Positions 1 to 16,449 of a stretch of DNA of 64,000 bases are shown one piece after another. The translations under genes and the position numbers were made by a program. The stretch lies in NCBI RefSeq assembly GCF_009914755.1, contig NC_060932.1. One strand, written 5' to 3'. Position 1 is the first letter of the stretch, and each line of letters starts with the position of its first letter. The stretch is from the human T2T-CHM13v2.0 reference genome, Homo sapiens. The notes beneath the pieces were generated by a model. It was not told the DNA's origin, did no database searches, and was given only the letters and a program-made list of their open reading frames with translations.

Positions 1-721
1 CAAGGGAAGACAACCATAAGGTTTGACTGCCTGTGGATTTGGGCAAAAAGAGCCATATTTTTCTTCTGCAGAGAGCCTATAAATGGACGTGCCAGTAAGA
101 GAGATATCGCTAAATTCTTTTCCTAGCAAGGAATATTAATATTAATACCCTGGGAAAGGAATGCATTCCTGGGGGGAGGTCTATAAATGGCTGCTCTGGG
201 AATGTCTGTCTTGTGCAGTTGAGATAAGGACTGAGATACGCCTTGGTCTCCTGCTTACTAGGGTGGGGAAAAACTCCACCCTGGTAAATTTGTGGTCAGA
301 CCAGTTCTCTGCTTTCAAACCCTGTTTTCTGTTGTTTATGATGTTTATCAAGACAATACATGCACCACTGAACATAGACCCTTATCGGTGGTTCTGCTTT
401 TGCCCTTTGTCCTGTTCCCTCAGAAGCATGTGATCTTTGTTAGACCCTTATTAGTGGTTCTGCTTTTGCCCTTTGAAGTGTGTGATCTTTGTACCTACTT
501 CCTGTCCTTACATCCCCTCCCCTTTTGAAACCCTTAATAAACACTTGCTGGTCTGAGACTCAGGTGGGCATCATGGTCCTACCGATATGTGATGTCACCC
601 CTGGCAGCCCAGCTGTAAAATTCCTCTCTTTGTACTGTCTCTCTTTATTTCTCAGCCAGCCAACACTTATGGAAAATAGAAAGAACCTATGTTGAAATAT
701 TGGGGGCGGGTTCCCCCAATA
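1..721 (+). mobile_element. MER11 LTR (HERV-K/HML-8 family), 5' part outside window
   Basis: Typical MER11 motifs (GAGAGCCTATAAATGGACGTG; internal repeat TAGACCCTTAT..GTGGTTCTGCTTTTGCCCTTTG; AATAAA; 3' end GGGGGCGGGTTCCCCCAATA). No primer-binding site follows. Confidence 0.85.
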
Positions 722-1455
722 CCCCGACCGTCCTCATGCCCCATCACAGAAATACCACTTCCATCTTATCAACTGGTGCTGCACACCTGTCCCTCAACTT
801 TTACCTTTGTCAACTGATTCGCCTGAGATAACCCAGCTCACGATGGAAAGTTCTGGCAACTTTGTCATTTGATATCAAAGTGTGCCTCATCTACCCAGGT
901 CCAGTAGGATGCTTAGCACTGTTTGACTAGCGTAGAACATACTGCTATAGATGGCACAGCACTGCTCCAGAAGTCTAAAGGTCTTTGTTGTAATTCTCCA
1001 GGCAGGGTTTGACATAAACTTCCTATGGCATCTTTTCCCAACACAGTTACTCCTAATAGCACAAGGTCTACTGGGGAGTATAGCACAGTGTCAAGGCAGT
1101 TTGCACCACAACTTAGACCAACTTCAGACTCCTTTATTCTATTAGTCTCACTCAAAGTCTGTGGCTTTTCTTGTCACTCAGTAAATTGGCCAAAGAATTT
1201 CCAAATATAATATTATGCTGCCTCCGGAGCCCAAAATGACCCACCAGTCATTGTACTTCCTTCTTCATAGTGGGAGGTGTGAGATGCAATCATTTAGGCT
1301 TTACATTGGAAGGGATGTCTCAGCATGCTTCAGATCACTGGATCCCTAAAAATTTCACTGATGTGTCAGGCCCATGAATTTTCATAGGCTTTATCTCACA
1401 CCTGCTAAAGCACATATGCTCCAATATTCTTGTCACTTCTTTTCATCTGGTCCCA
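722..1455 (-). mobile_element. ERVL internal pol fragment (RT thumb/connection), decayed
   Basis: Minus-strand translation near 1220-1400 gives CEIKPMKIHGPDTSVKFLGIQ*SEAC*DIPSNVKPK*LHLTPPTMKKEVQ*LVGHFGLRRQH. ORF 913-1155 contains DAIGSLCQ...RPLDFWS. Both resemble ERVL Pol; multiple stops. Confidence 0.8.
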
Positions 1456-1838
1456 ACATGATATTCTGAGGAATGTCCAGACAGCCCATTTTTTTTTTTG
1501 GATTGTATTATGACAGAGAGCAAAAAAGTTAACATAGCCCTTAAACAAGACGATAAATGTATAGTGCTGCCTATCCCACAAGAGTATAGATTATTTTCTG
1601 AACTAAGGATGAAAATGAATGCATTCTCCAAATCAAAGAGCCAATAACTCTGACAGATACAATTCAATATGTAGATTTTTCCCTGGGTGGAAACTTCACA
1701 TCTATTATGAGAGTATTAAACACCTCAATGGTTAAGAATCACTATTCTAAGAAGATAACTCATATAACCCATAATAATCATTTTATTAAAGCCTCAAAAT
1801 CTTTTCAACATTATAAAAAGCATTAGCTAAAGCAAATC

Positions 1839-2324
1839 TATAATTGTCAACTTTAAATGTCAGCTTGATTAGGCTAAGGGATGTCCAGATAGCTGGTAAA
1901 ATATTGTGTCTAGATATGTCTATGAGGGTGTTTTTGAAAGAGATTAGCATTTGAATCAGTAGAATAAGTAAAGAAGATCCATTTTCAGTCTTTACCAATG
2001 TGGGCAGGCCAATCCATTGAAGATCCAAATAGAATGAAAAGGCAGAAGGGTGAATTCGCTGTCTCTGCTTGAGCTGAGACTATCCATCTTTTCTCCTGTC
2101 CCAAGACATAAGTATTCCTGGACTCAGACTAGGACTGATACCACCACCAGGCCCTATTCTCAGGTTTTCAGATTCCCACTGAATTACACTGAGTGTTCAT
2201 GTTTCTCCAACTTGCAAATGGCAGAAAATGATAGTTTTTGGCCTCTACAACCACTTGAGATAATTCCTATTATATATATGTATAATCTATTAGTCTGTTT
2301 CTCTGGATAATTCTGACTAATATA
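1839..2324 (+). mobile_element. MLT2 (ERVL) solo LTR
   Basis: Start GTCAGCTTGATTAGGCTAAGGGATGTCCAGATAGCTGGTAAA and end TCTGTTTCTCTGGATAATTCTGACTAATATA match MLT2 termini. Confidence 0.8.
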
Positions 2325-2399
2325 AAATCACATGCCAAAAAACTTAAACACATTTACATGCATGCACATTTAACTTTCTCTGCATTCTGTCCTGGTGGT

Positions 2400-3480
2400 A
2401 CTTTGTCTGACTTCTGCTAATTATCAGTCTTATTTGTGAGTTAATCTTCCTGTAATCATCATTAAATGTTAGGGTCACATGCTTTATCACAGTAAACTTC
2501 TTTAAGCCCAGGCCTATACATTCAGTAACTTTCTGATGACGTGCAAATTTACATTTACCCAGCACCTTCATTTTCAATGAGCTCCAGAAATAACTGCTTA
2601 TTGAATTTCCACTTGAATGTTCCATGGTGCATTTAATTGAACATTTCCACAATTGAGCTTATCATTTTATCATCCCTTTCCCTCTCTCACTCCCTAATCT
2701 CTCCACATCTGAAATCCCTTGTCACAGTAGATAGCAGTACTATTCAAAAGTCATCCAAGTCAGAAGCCTAAAAATTATTCTAGATGCCTATTTATCACTA
2801 ACTTCTCACATCCAACCAGTGTACATCTTGAACATTCCATCTTTCTAAATATGTGTTAATTACCCACCTCAACATTTCAGTAACAATGCCATAGCTTTGA
2901 TATTCATTAGTACCACCATGAATCATGTATTTTTCCTGACTTTCCTCCAGTATGCCCTCTCTTCTAATCTAGCCTCCAAACTGTTCCTACAAGGATATTT
3001 CTAAAATGCAGATACATCACTCTTCTTCATAAATCCTCATTAATTTTAGTATAAATGTAAACACCTATTCGGATTAAAAAAGCCCTTCATGATCCTAGCT
3101 GTGATTTTCTTGCTCCCCCTTGCTATATTTATTCTGGGCTCCAGTATGCAATTTCCTGAATGAGCCTTTCAGGTTTATGTGTTGGTAACTTCACACAACC
3201 TTGTGTATCTTCCAGAAACTGACCTTGCCCTCCTTTTCACAGAGCTGGCTGACATTTGTCTTCCAACACTCAGTTCTAAGGTCACATCTTCTGGAAAGCC
3301 TTTTCCAACATACCAACAGATATGGTATGCTTACCTCTTTAGAAACACTCAATCCTCACCACTATAGCATTTATTATACTGTACTATTACCATTACTTTT
3401 TGCAGTCTTCAACAGATGGTAAGACAAGTAATTTCTTACACTGGACTTTATGTCACCAGTACCTAATACAATACCAGTAA
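2400..3480 (+). mobile_element. L2 LINE 3' fragment (ancient)
   Basis: Degenerate L2 motifs (CCACTTGAATGTTCC, CTCACATCCAACCAGT, GTCACATCTTCTGGAAAGCCTTTTCC). Confidence 0.6.
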
Positions 3481-3988
3481 TTAATTGCCAGTAATTAATT
3501 TTTTAAATAATGATAATCTGACTTCATTCAAATACCCAGGAAAACTCTTCTAGAACTCCTTCTTCTATCAAGACTCACTAGTCTAAAATGCAAAGAGAAA
3601 TATGATAAAAGAGGACAAATTATAGTGATTCTGGTCATTGAATTTTTCTTGTATTTTTCTTTCTAGTTTTCTATCCTCTTACATTCCAGCGTATTGTGAA
3701 ACTACTATACTTAACACCTGCTATATTTTTGTGAAAGCTGACTGAGCAGCATGCTCCCTTCTTTTAATAAATTTACTACTATATTTCTAACCAGATACTA
3801 AGTATTAATTATTGTTGTAGGATCTTCCACATATTTTCCAATATTTCCAGTATATTCCAATGTAATATGTTATATATGTTGTGATATTTTCATTACAAAA
3901 TAAATATATTCTACTCTCCTTTTCTTTCAAATGAATATTTTTTCTTATTTATAAATTATAAAAATAAAAGGCCAAATTGTAAAACCTG

Positions 3989-4343
3989 TTTATTAGTCTG
4001 TTTTCACATTGCTGATAAAGACATACCTGAGACTGGGAAGAAAAAGATGTTTAACTGGACTTACAGTTCCACATGGCTGGGGAGGCCTCAGAATCATAGC
4101 AGGAGGCAAAAGGCACTTCTTTCATGGCAGCGGCAAGAGAAAATGAGGAAGATGCAAAAGTGGAAACCCTCAATAACACCATCAGCTCTCATGGGACTTA
4201 TTCACTACCACAAGAACAGTAGAGGGAAAACTGCCCACATGATTCAAATTATCTCCCACCAGGTCCCTCCCACAACATGTGGGAATTATGGGAGCACAAT
4301 TCAAGATAAGATTTGGGTGGGGACACAAAACCAAAACATATCA
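3989..4343 (-). mobile_element. THE1 (THE1B/C-like) MaLR solo LTR
   Basis: TATTAGTCTGTTTTCAC...GATTTGGGTGGGGACACA..CCAAAACATATCA; perfect 5-bp TSD ACCTG at 3984-3988 and 4344-4348. Confidence 0.9.
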
Positions 4344-4654
4344 ACCTGTTTTACTAATTAATTTTCTTCTATGGATATCTAAGCTATGAAGATATAGCAT
4401 AGAAGACATAATTTTATATATGAATTACTTATATATTTTCTTTATATATCTTCCACTCATCCATTCTAATTTCAGGTCAGAATAAATTATCTGGAAAAGC
4501 CACAAATGGCAAATACATTATTTACAGTGTTAGAAAATAGTTCCTTTTGTCCTAACATGGTTTTTTTCCTGTTTCAGAATTCATCAATGCCAGGAATTTT
4601 TCTAGGTCTAGGGAGGCAGCAATGAAAAAAACGGAAAAGCCTCTCTGTTCTTAT

Positions 4655-4765
4655 AGATAGACATATAGATAGACTTAGACATATAAACACATAGACATAG
4701 GTAGAGGCATAAATATAGATGTACACACAGATATAGGGTTAGCGATATAGACATAGACATAGGCG

Positions 4766-4824
<59 letters not shown>
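4655..4824. repeat. degenerate (TAGACA)n tract followed by (TA)n microsatellite
   Basis: Directly visible; pure TA run about 4773-4824. Confidence 0.9.
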
Positions 4825-4827
<3 letters not shown>

Positions 4828-5602
4828 GTCAAGTGGTGAGAAAAGCAATGAAGAGGGTACCAAGTCAATAAGAGAAAAAATGATAATGCATGGGGTGCAA
4901 CATTAGTAAGCCTCTCTGATAATATGAAATTGACACAGAGACCTGAAGAGTATAAGTGAACAAGCTGGTTGTACAGTCCACCTGGTGTAAAAGTAATATA
5001 AAAAGAATGAACAACAATGTTAAACCCTAAGAACACAGTTGATATATTTAAGGAAACGCTAGGAGGTTAGTGTGGCTGGAGTGGAGTGAGCAAAAAGGAT
5101 TGTGGTCAAATATGAGGTCAGACTGGAGACTGGGGGTAAAATTATTTAGAACATTATAGGTCATAATTAGAAAATTTGGTATAGTATGCTTTAAATTTAA
5201 AATATCACTTTGGTTGGTATATACATAAAAGATTGCAAGGGCAACTGCAAGGATGGAAACAGAAGACCTGTTAGAAGGCAAATGTAATAATCCCTGTGAG
5301 AAAGCATGGTGGCAGTGGAAGTGTTGAGAAACAGTCTTGGTGAGCTGACGATCTAGAAGTGCAGTATGAAAGAAAGAAAGAAAGGAGAGTATTAAGGATG
5401 AATTCAAAGTTTATAACTGAGCAACTTGAAGAATGAAATTTCAAATGACAGAAATGGGGGAATTTTAAGGGAGAACAAGTTTGGAGAAATAGGAATCAGC
5501 TGTTTTGTTTTTAGGGTGCTAGTATAATGTGCCTGTTAGATGTGTAAGATGTTGGACAGATGGTTGAGTTCACTGAAAAGAACCAACCTGAATATACAGC
5601 AG

Positions 5603-5766
5603 TTGTGGCAGCCATTGTTGATGGCTTACCACATCCTCTCATCATCTATCATTTTACTTGCATTTGTCCAACTTCCAACTGTCAGTACCTGTGACTCAGC
5701 TTCAGGGTTTTCTCTGGCAATTGGCTTGCCTACAATTGTGGCAGGCAGGAAGTGCCCCCTGGCACT
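5603..5766 (+). mobile_element. LTR16-like (ERVL) fragment
   Basis: ACTTCCAACTGTCAGTACCTG...GGCAGGAAGTGCC resembles the LTR16 5' region. Confidence 0.4.
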
Positions 5767-5991
5767 TTAAAGAGGAAAAGATTTAAGAAGGAAAGATTAA
5801 GGATGTCAAATGCCATGGCTCTGGCAAAATAGTGATGTCTAGGGACAAACCATGGGATTTGACAGCAGAAGAGGGTGGGGACAGATGCCTAAATGACTTG
5901 ATTTTCTGGAAAGTTAAATGAGAGAAATTTAAATTTTCTCTCTGGTATTCTCTTTAGTCAGATTTTTTGAAAAGTAGATTAATTATAAAAA

Positions 5992-6303
<312 letters not shown>

Positions 6304-8289
6304 TTACTGTGTGAAGAGTGGATTATATTAGTGAAAGTGTAGAAGCAAGAAGACCAAAGAGAACTATTATTTTAGTTGAAATAAAATATAATTATGTCTT
6401 GGATGAAACTAAAAAAACAATGGAAAAAACAGGAGGATATGTTTTGAAGATAGAGTCAAACTTATTTGTTCTGATATGGAGAACAGGCTGAATAGAGGAA
6501 TTGAGGTTAACTTTTAAATTATTTGCTTGAGCTAATGGATGAATTAAGGGACTTTTTTTGGTATAGGAAAGAATAAAGGTAGTGGATTAGTGTAGGGAAG
6601 TAGGGATCAAGAGTGTTTTTTTTTTTGGCTATGGTTATTCTCAGATTCCTGTAAGACATCCATGTGGAAATGTCCAGTAGGAAGTTGGATATTAATATAA
6701 TGACCAGAAAAATACTATAAATGAAAATATAGATTTGGGAATCGTAAGTACATATAAAGAGATTGAAAGATATAGAAATAAATTTGTCTACCTACTGAGA
6801 GATTGTCAAACCTTGAGAGATTACATATACTAAATCTCTCAAGATTTTCGTATAATGTATATGAAAAGGAGAAGAGATCATAGAATAAAGGTTAAACAGG
6901 CAAGAGAAATCAGAGCCTGGGAAAAAAGGCTAGATCATGAAAGACAAGATGAGAAGAAATTCTTTCAAGGAGGAGCTGGTTAATTAAGTCATATGGTGAT
7001 GGGGTGGAGGTCAGATAAGTAAGTGACCCTGGATTTAGCAGCATGGGTGTCCCTGTTGACCTTTACAGGAACAGTCTCAGTGGTATAACAGGGCAGAAAC
7101 CAGAGTAGAGTGGGCTGAGGAGAGACCAGGAGGAGACTAAGTAGACACAGTGACTACAAAAACTCTTTTAAGAAGTTTTATTCTGAAGGAATGATAGCAG
7201 GAGGGAGACTGGATATCAAAGCAGGATCATTTACTTAAGAAAAGGGATGTTACTGTCTGGCAGCCAAGATGGCCGAATAGGAACAGTTCTGGTCTACAGC
7301 TCCCAGCGTGAGCGACACAGAAGACGGGTGATTTCTGCATTTCCATCTGAGTTACCAGGTTCATCTCACTAGGGAGTGCCAGACAGTGGGCACAGGTCAG
7401 TGGGTGCAGCGCACCGTGTGCAAGCCAAAGCAGGGCAAGGCACTGCCTCACTCGGGAAGTGCAAGGGGTCAGGGAGTTCCCTTTCTTAGTCAAAGAAAGG
7501 GGTGACAGACGGCACCTGGAAAATCAGGTCACCCCCACCCTAATACTGCGCTTTTCCGGTGGGCTTAAAAAACAGCGCACCAGGAGATTATATCCCTCAC
7601 ATGGCCTGGAGGGTCCTAGGCCCATGGAGTCTCACTGATTGCTAACACACCAGTCTGAGATCAAACTGCAAGGTGGCAGCGGGGCTGGGGGAGGGGCGCC
7701 CGCCATTGCCCAGGCTTGCTTAGGTAAACAAAGCAGCCAGGAAGCTCAAACTGGGTGGAGCCCACCACAGCTCAAGGAGGCCTGCCTGCCTCTGTAGGCT
7801 CCACCACTGGGGGCAGGGCACAGACAAACAAAAAGACAGCAGTAACCTCTGCAGACTTAAATGTCCCTGTCTGACAGATTTGAAGAGAGCAGTGGTTCTC
7901 CCAGCACACAGCTGGAGATCTGAGAACAGGCAGACTGCCTCCTCAAGTGGGTCCCTGACCCCTGAACCCCGAGCAGCCTAACTGGGAGGCACCCCCAAGT
8001 AGGGGCAGACTGACACCTCATAGGGCCAGGTACTCCTCTGAGACAAAACTTCCAGATGAATGATCAGACAGCAGCATTCGTGGTTCATGAAAATCCGCTG
8101 TTCTGCAGCCACCACTGCTGATACCCAGGCAAACAGTGTCTGGAGTGGACCTCTAGCAAACTCCAACAGACCTGCGGTTGAGGGTCCTGTCTGTTAGAAG
8201 GAAAACTAACAAACAGAAAGGACATCCACACCAAAAACCCATCTGTACATCACTATCATCAAAGACCAAAAGTAGATAAAACCACAAAG

Positions 8290-9308
8290 ATGGGGAAAAA
8301 ACAGAATAGAAAAACTGGAAACTCTAAAAAGCAGAGCGCCTCTCCTCCTCCAAAGGAATGCAGTTCCTCACCAGCAACGGAACAAAGCTGGATGGAGAAT
8401 GACTTTGATGAGTTGAGAGAAGAAGGCTTCAGACGATCAAATTACTCCGAGCTACAGGAGGAAATTCAAACCAAAGGCAAAGAAGTTGAAAACTTTGAAA
8501 AAAATTTTGATGAATGTATAACTAGAGTAACCAATACAGAGAAGTGCTTAAAGAAGCTGATGGAGCTGAAAGCCAAGGCTCAAGAACTACGTGAAGAATG
8601 CAGAAGCCTCAGGAGCTGATGCGATCAACTGGAAGAAAGGGTATCAGTGATGGAAGACGAAATGAATGAAATGAAGCGAGAAGGGAAGTTTAGAGAAAAA
8701 AAGAATAAAAAGAAATGAACAAAGCCTCCAAGAGATATGGGACTATGTGAAAAGACCAAATCTATGTCTGATTGGTATACCTGAAAGTGATGGGGAGAAT
8801 GGAATCAAATTGGAAAACACTCTGCAGGATATTATCCAGGAGAACTTCCCCATTCTAGCAAGGCAGGCCAACATTCAGATTCACGAAATACAGAGAACTC
8901 CACAAAGATACTCCTCGAGAAGAGCAACTCCAAAACACATAATTGTTCAGATTCACCAAAGTTGAAATGAAGGAAAAAATGTTAAGGGCAGCCAGAGAGA
9001 AAGGTCTGGTCACCCACAAAGGGAAGCCCATCAGACTAACAGCCGAAATCTCGGCAGAAACTCTACAAGTCAGAAGAGAGTGGGGGCCAATATTCAACAT
9101 TCTTAAAGAAAAGTATTTTCAACTCAGAATTTCATATCCAGCCAAACTAAGCTTCACAAGTGAAGGAGAAATAAAATACTTTACAGACAAGCAAATGCTG
9201 AGAGATTTTGTCACCACCAGGCCTCCCCTAAAAGAGCTCCTGAAGGAAGTACTAAACATGGAAAGGAAAAACCTGTACCAGCCACTGCGAAAACATGCCA
9301 AATTGTAA
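8290..9308 (+). pseudogene. L1 ORF1p, disrupted
   Basis: MGKKQNRKTGNSK...; premature TGA at 8617-8619 and frameshifts near 8700 and 8945; C-terminus ...QPLRKHAKL. Confidence 0.95.
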
Positions 9309-9371
9309 AGACCCTCAAGGCTAGGAAGAAACTGCATCAACTAACAAGCAAAATAACCAGCTAACATCATA

Positions 9372-13221
<3,850 letters not shown>

Positions 13222-14142
13222 ACAAGGAGAACACGTGGACACAGGAAGGGGAACATCACACTCTGGGGACTGTTGTGGAGTTGGGGGAGGGAGGTGGGAT
13301 AGCATTAGGAGATATACCTAATGCTTAATGATGAGTTAATGGATGCAGCACACCAGCATGGCACATGTATACATATGTAACTAAACTGCACATTGTGCAC
13401 ATGTACCCTAACACTTAAAGTATAATAATAACAAAATAAAATGAAATAAAAAAAAAGAAAAGGGATGCTGAGCAAGTAAGTATGATAGTGGAAATATCTT
13501 GAAACAAAACAACAAAATGATGGAAAATATATTAGCTACAAAATATGCAATTCTTATTTTTATCCTTTATACACTGAGATTAATACAACCTGAAGTCTAG
13601 GACACTGTTAAAATGCAGATAATTATGGAAGTTGAACATACAATTTAATATAAATTTAATACAAATGATAATTTTTCAGATTAACTCCTCAGAATCTAGA
13701 TTTTTTTATAGGGCATGAGCTTAAATTACAAGGAAGAAAAGAGTGAATGCAGGTAGTAAAAGAAAAGAGAGGGACATAGATCGGAAAGGGGAAAATGTAA
13801 AAACATGTTCATGGTTTTCTTGCTTCACAGTGTTGTTTGCATACCCTTGCACCACTATTACACATTTTGGAGGTCATGCCCTTTTCAATTTAGAAATTTG
13901 AAGTTCTGTATTTGAACCCTCGTGTTGCCACATAATCTCTCTGAGATGCAGTTTCCATATTGGAGGAAAGAAATAATATTTTCTCTTGCAAACCTACTTT
14001 CCAAATAGTGTTTTGTGATGATTGCATAAAATAAAGTGACATAGTAGAAAAAAGAAAGGTCAAACAGAGCTTTGTTTTTTCTAGTTTTGGTACCTCTAAC
14101 ATACTGTATAGAGGTACATGATAGCTCCAACTTATCAAATGA

Positions 14143-14488
<346 letters not shown>

Positions 14489-14601
14489 TGTTGTTTAATT
14501 TATGTGATTATTTCAAAGATGTATTGTCCTTTATCAAATTATTTTGATGCTTGATGCAAATTAGCATGTTAGTTTGAACTTAAAGATTAGAATTTTGGTT
14601 T

Positions 14602-14950
14602 ACTCATATTCTCACATATAAGTAGGAGCTAATCATTGGGTACATGTGGACATAAAGATGGAAACAATAAACACTAGAGGAGGGAGAAAGACAGGGAAAC
14701 AAGGAATGACTTGTTCTCCTCTGTGTTCACTACAAGTTGGGTCCTTGTAGTGAACATAGTACTCAATAAGTAGTTGAACCTTGTAGTTGAACCTAATCTT
14801 TAGTAGTACCCAACTACTTATTGAGTACTAGGTTTACTACCAAGGTGATTGGATCATTTGTACCCCACACCTCAGCATCAGCAATATATCTATGTAACAA
14901 ATTTACATATGTACTCCAAATTGGATAAAAATGTTTAAATTATTTTAAAA
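14602..14950 (+). mobile_element. L1PB/L1MA-type 3' end fragment containing a ~105-bp patchwork insertion
   Basis: TTCTCACATATAAGTAGGAGCTAA...ACCTCAGCATCA..CAATAT..TATGTAACAAA; similar to the L1 3' end at 45890-46130. Confidence 0.8.
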
Positions 14951-16449
14951 AGAGAATTTTGGTTTAAACCACCATACCTCAATAATATGACTCCGGGGGA
15001 TATTCATTGGAGCTATTCAACAAACATTAAAATGAATCACAAACTCCTTATGTTTCTTGAAACACTTTATACTTCCCAGTATCAGAGCAATCACTGAAAT
15101 GTACTCAGAGAAGAAATCTCAGTGTGACAACTCTGGTTCATTGCCACTTCCTAAATGCCTTTCCCATTTACATCTGCTTTGGAATTCTAGACTGCCAGCT
15201 CAATACCCCTGCCACCAAAGGGCCTGCAATGGCTGCTGCATCAGGCAATATGCCGTAAATACTAGCCCAAGCTGCAGCAAATTTCCTGTAAATGAAGATT
15301 AAAGAAAACTACTTTGCAATTGGCTGAGCTGAGGAATTCGTGTACCTTCTAATGTCATAAATCAACTTACACTGTATAGTCACTGACTAATTAACAGCTT
15401 CATGTTCTGCTAGCTGAGAGAGGGTCACCAAGGACAAGCTGTAAAAGGTGCAAAATTTCTACCAACCTCCATATGACTCTTAGAATCAAAACATTGTCAT
15501 ATTAGTGAAAATAATTACTGACATAGATTCAGACACTTTTCACAAGCTAAGAAAAAATAGTAATTTTTCTCTCTGCCATATACCTCCTGTCTTCTCTCCA
15601 TAATCTACCTGTATTTTTATGTACTGCAATATAATAGGGCCAAGCTCTTCACTAAGAAATGAGCTGTATTTACATGGTGACACTGATTTTCATAATTTTA
15701 TATTTAAATATATAAAACATATTCGAAGTTTACACCCAATAATAGAATTCTCAGTCCAGGAAATGGACTATAGCCAGAATAATTTAAATGGCAATTAGAA
15801 AAATCATTTAGTACATTTTAATGTGACTAATATGATCTTTCATTGAAGTTTTCCTGATTATTTGCTGAATAGTGAGAAAAACTTTTTTGCTACATTTGGA
15901 AAACACTGATAAATATAGCATATAAATAGAAAAGGAATTAATGTAAGAAATGTTCGGAGATAGTTATAAAAAATTATGAATATGAGCCACACTCTATTAA
16001 AACTGGTTAAAAGATATTAAAGTCTTATTAGTCAAGTTAAATTTTTATTTAAAATATATCTATTTCTGAAATGGAGTTTTTATTTAAATGGTTCTTAAAA
16101 TATGATCTCTAAAAATAAAAATTGTGTTTTATGCTTATATTCTTCCTTAACCATTAAGCCTATCCATTGCTTACAGGATGGCACTGAAACTAGCATTTCA
16201 AAATTGGTGTAACCAAGGAGGAAGATAGATTGACCTGACAGAGCTTCTGCTCCTAACGTGTGAATTTCAAAAATGTGCCTGGTTAGTATCAGGACTGGCA
16301 GCTACAGGCACATCTTAATCTTAACTACCAGTCTGAGGGTAAGGGAAGAAAACAGTAATGTCAAACAATTTGATGCTGTAGAGCATTTTTCTTGCAATAT
16401 TAAATAAAAAATTCATTTTCTACAGGTGAACAATAGAAGTTGTATAAAA

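Noticed and set aside
374-495. Internal direct repeats in the first LTR
   Set aside because: Normal feature of MER11 consensus sequences.
722-2324. ERVL pol plus MLT2 as one provirus
   Set aside because: They are in opposite orientations and separated by unrelated DNA.
7227-7493. 88-aa antisense ORF as L1 ORF0
   Set aside because: True ORF0 starts at 7706 and is truncated. This is a generic antisense 5'UTR frame without an ATG at its listed start.
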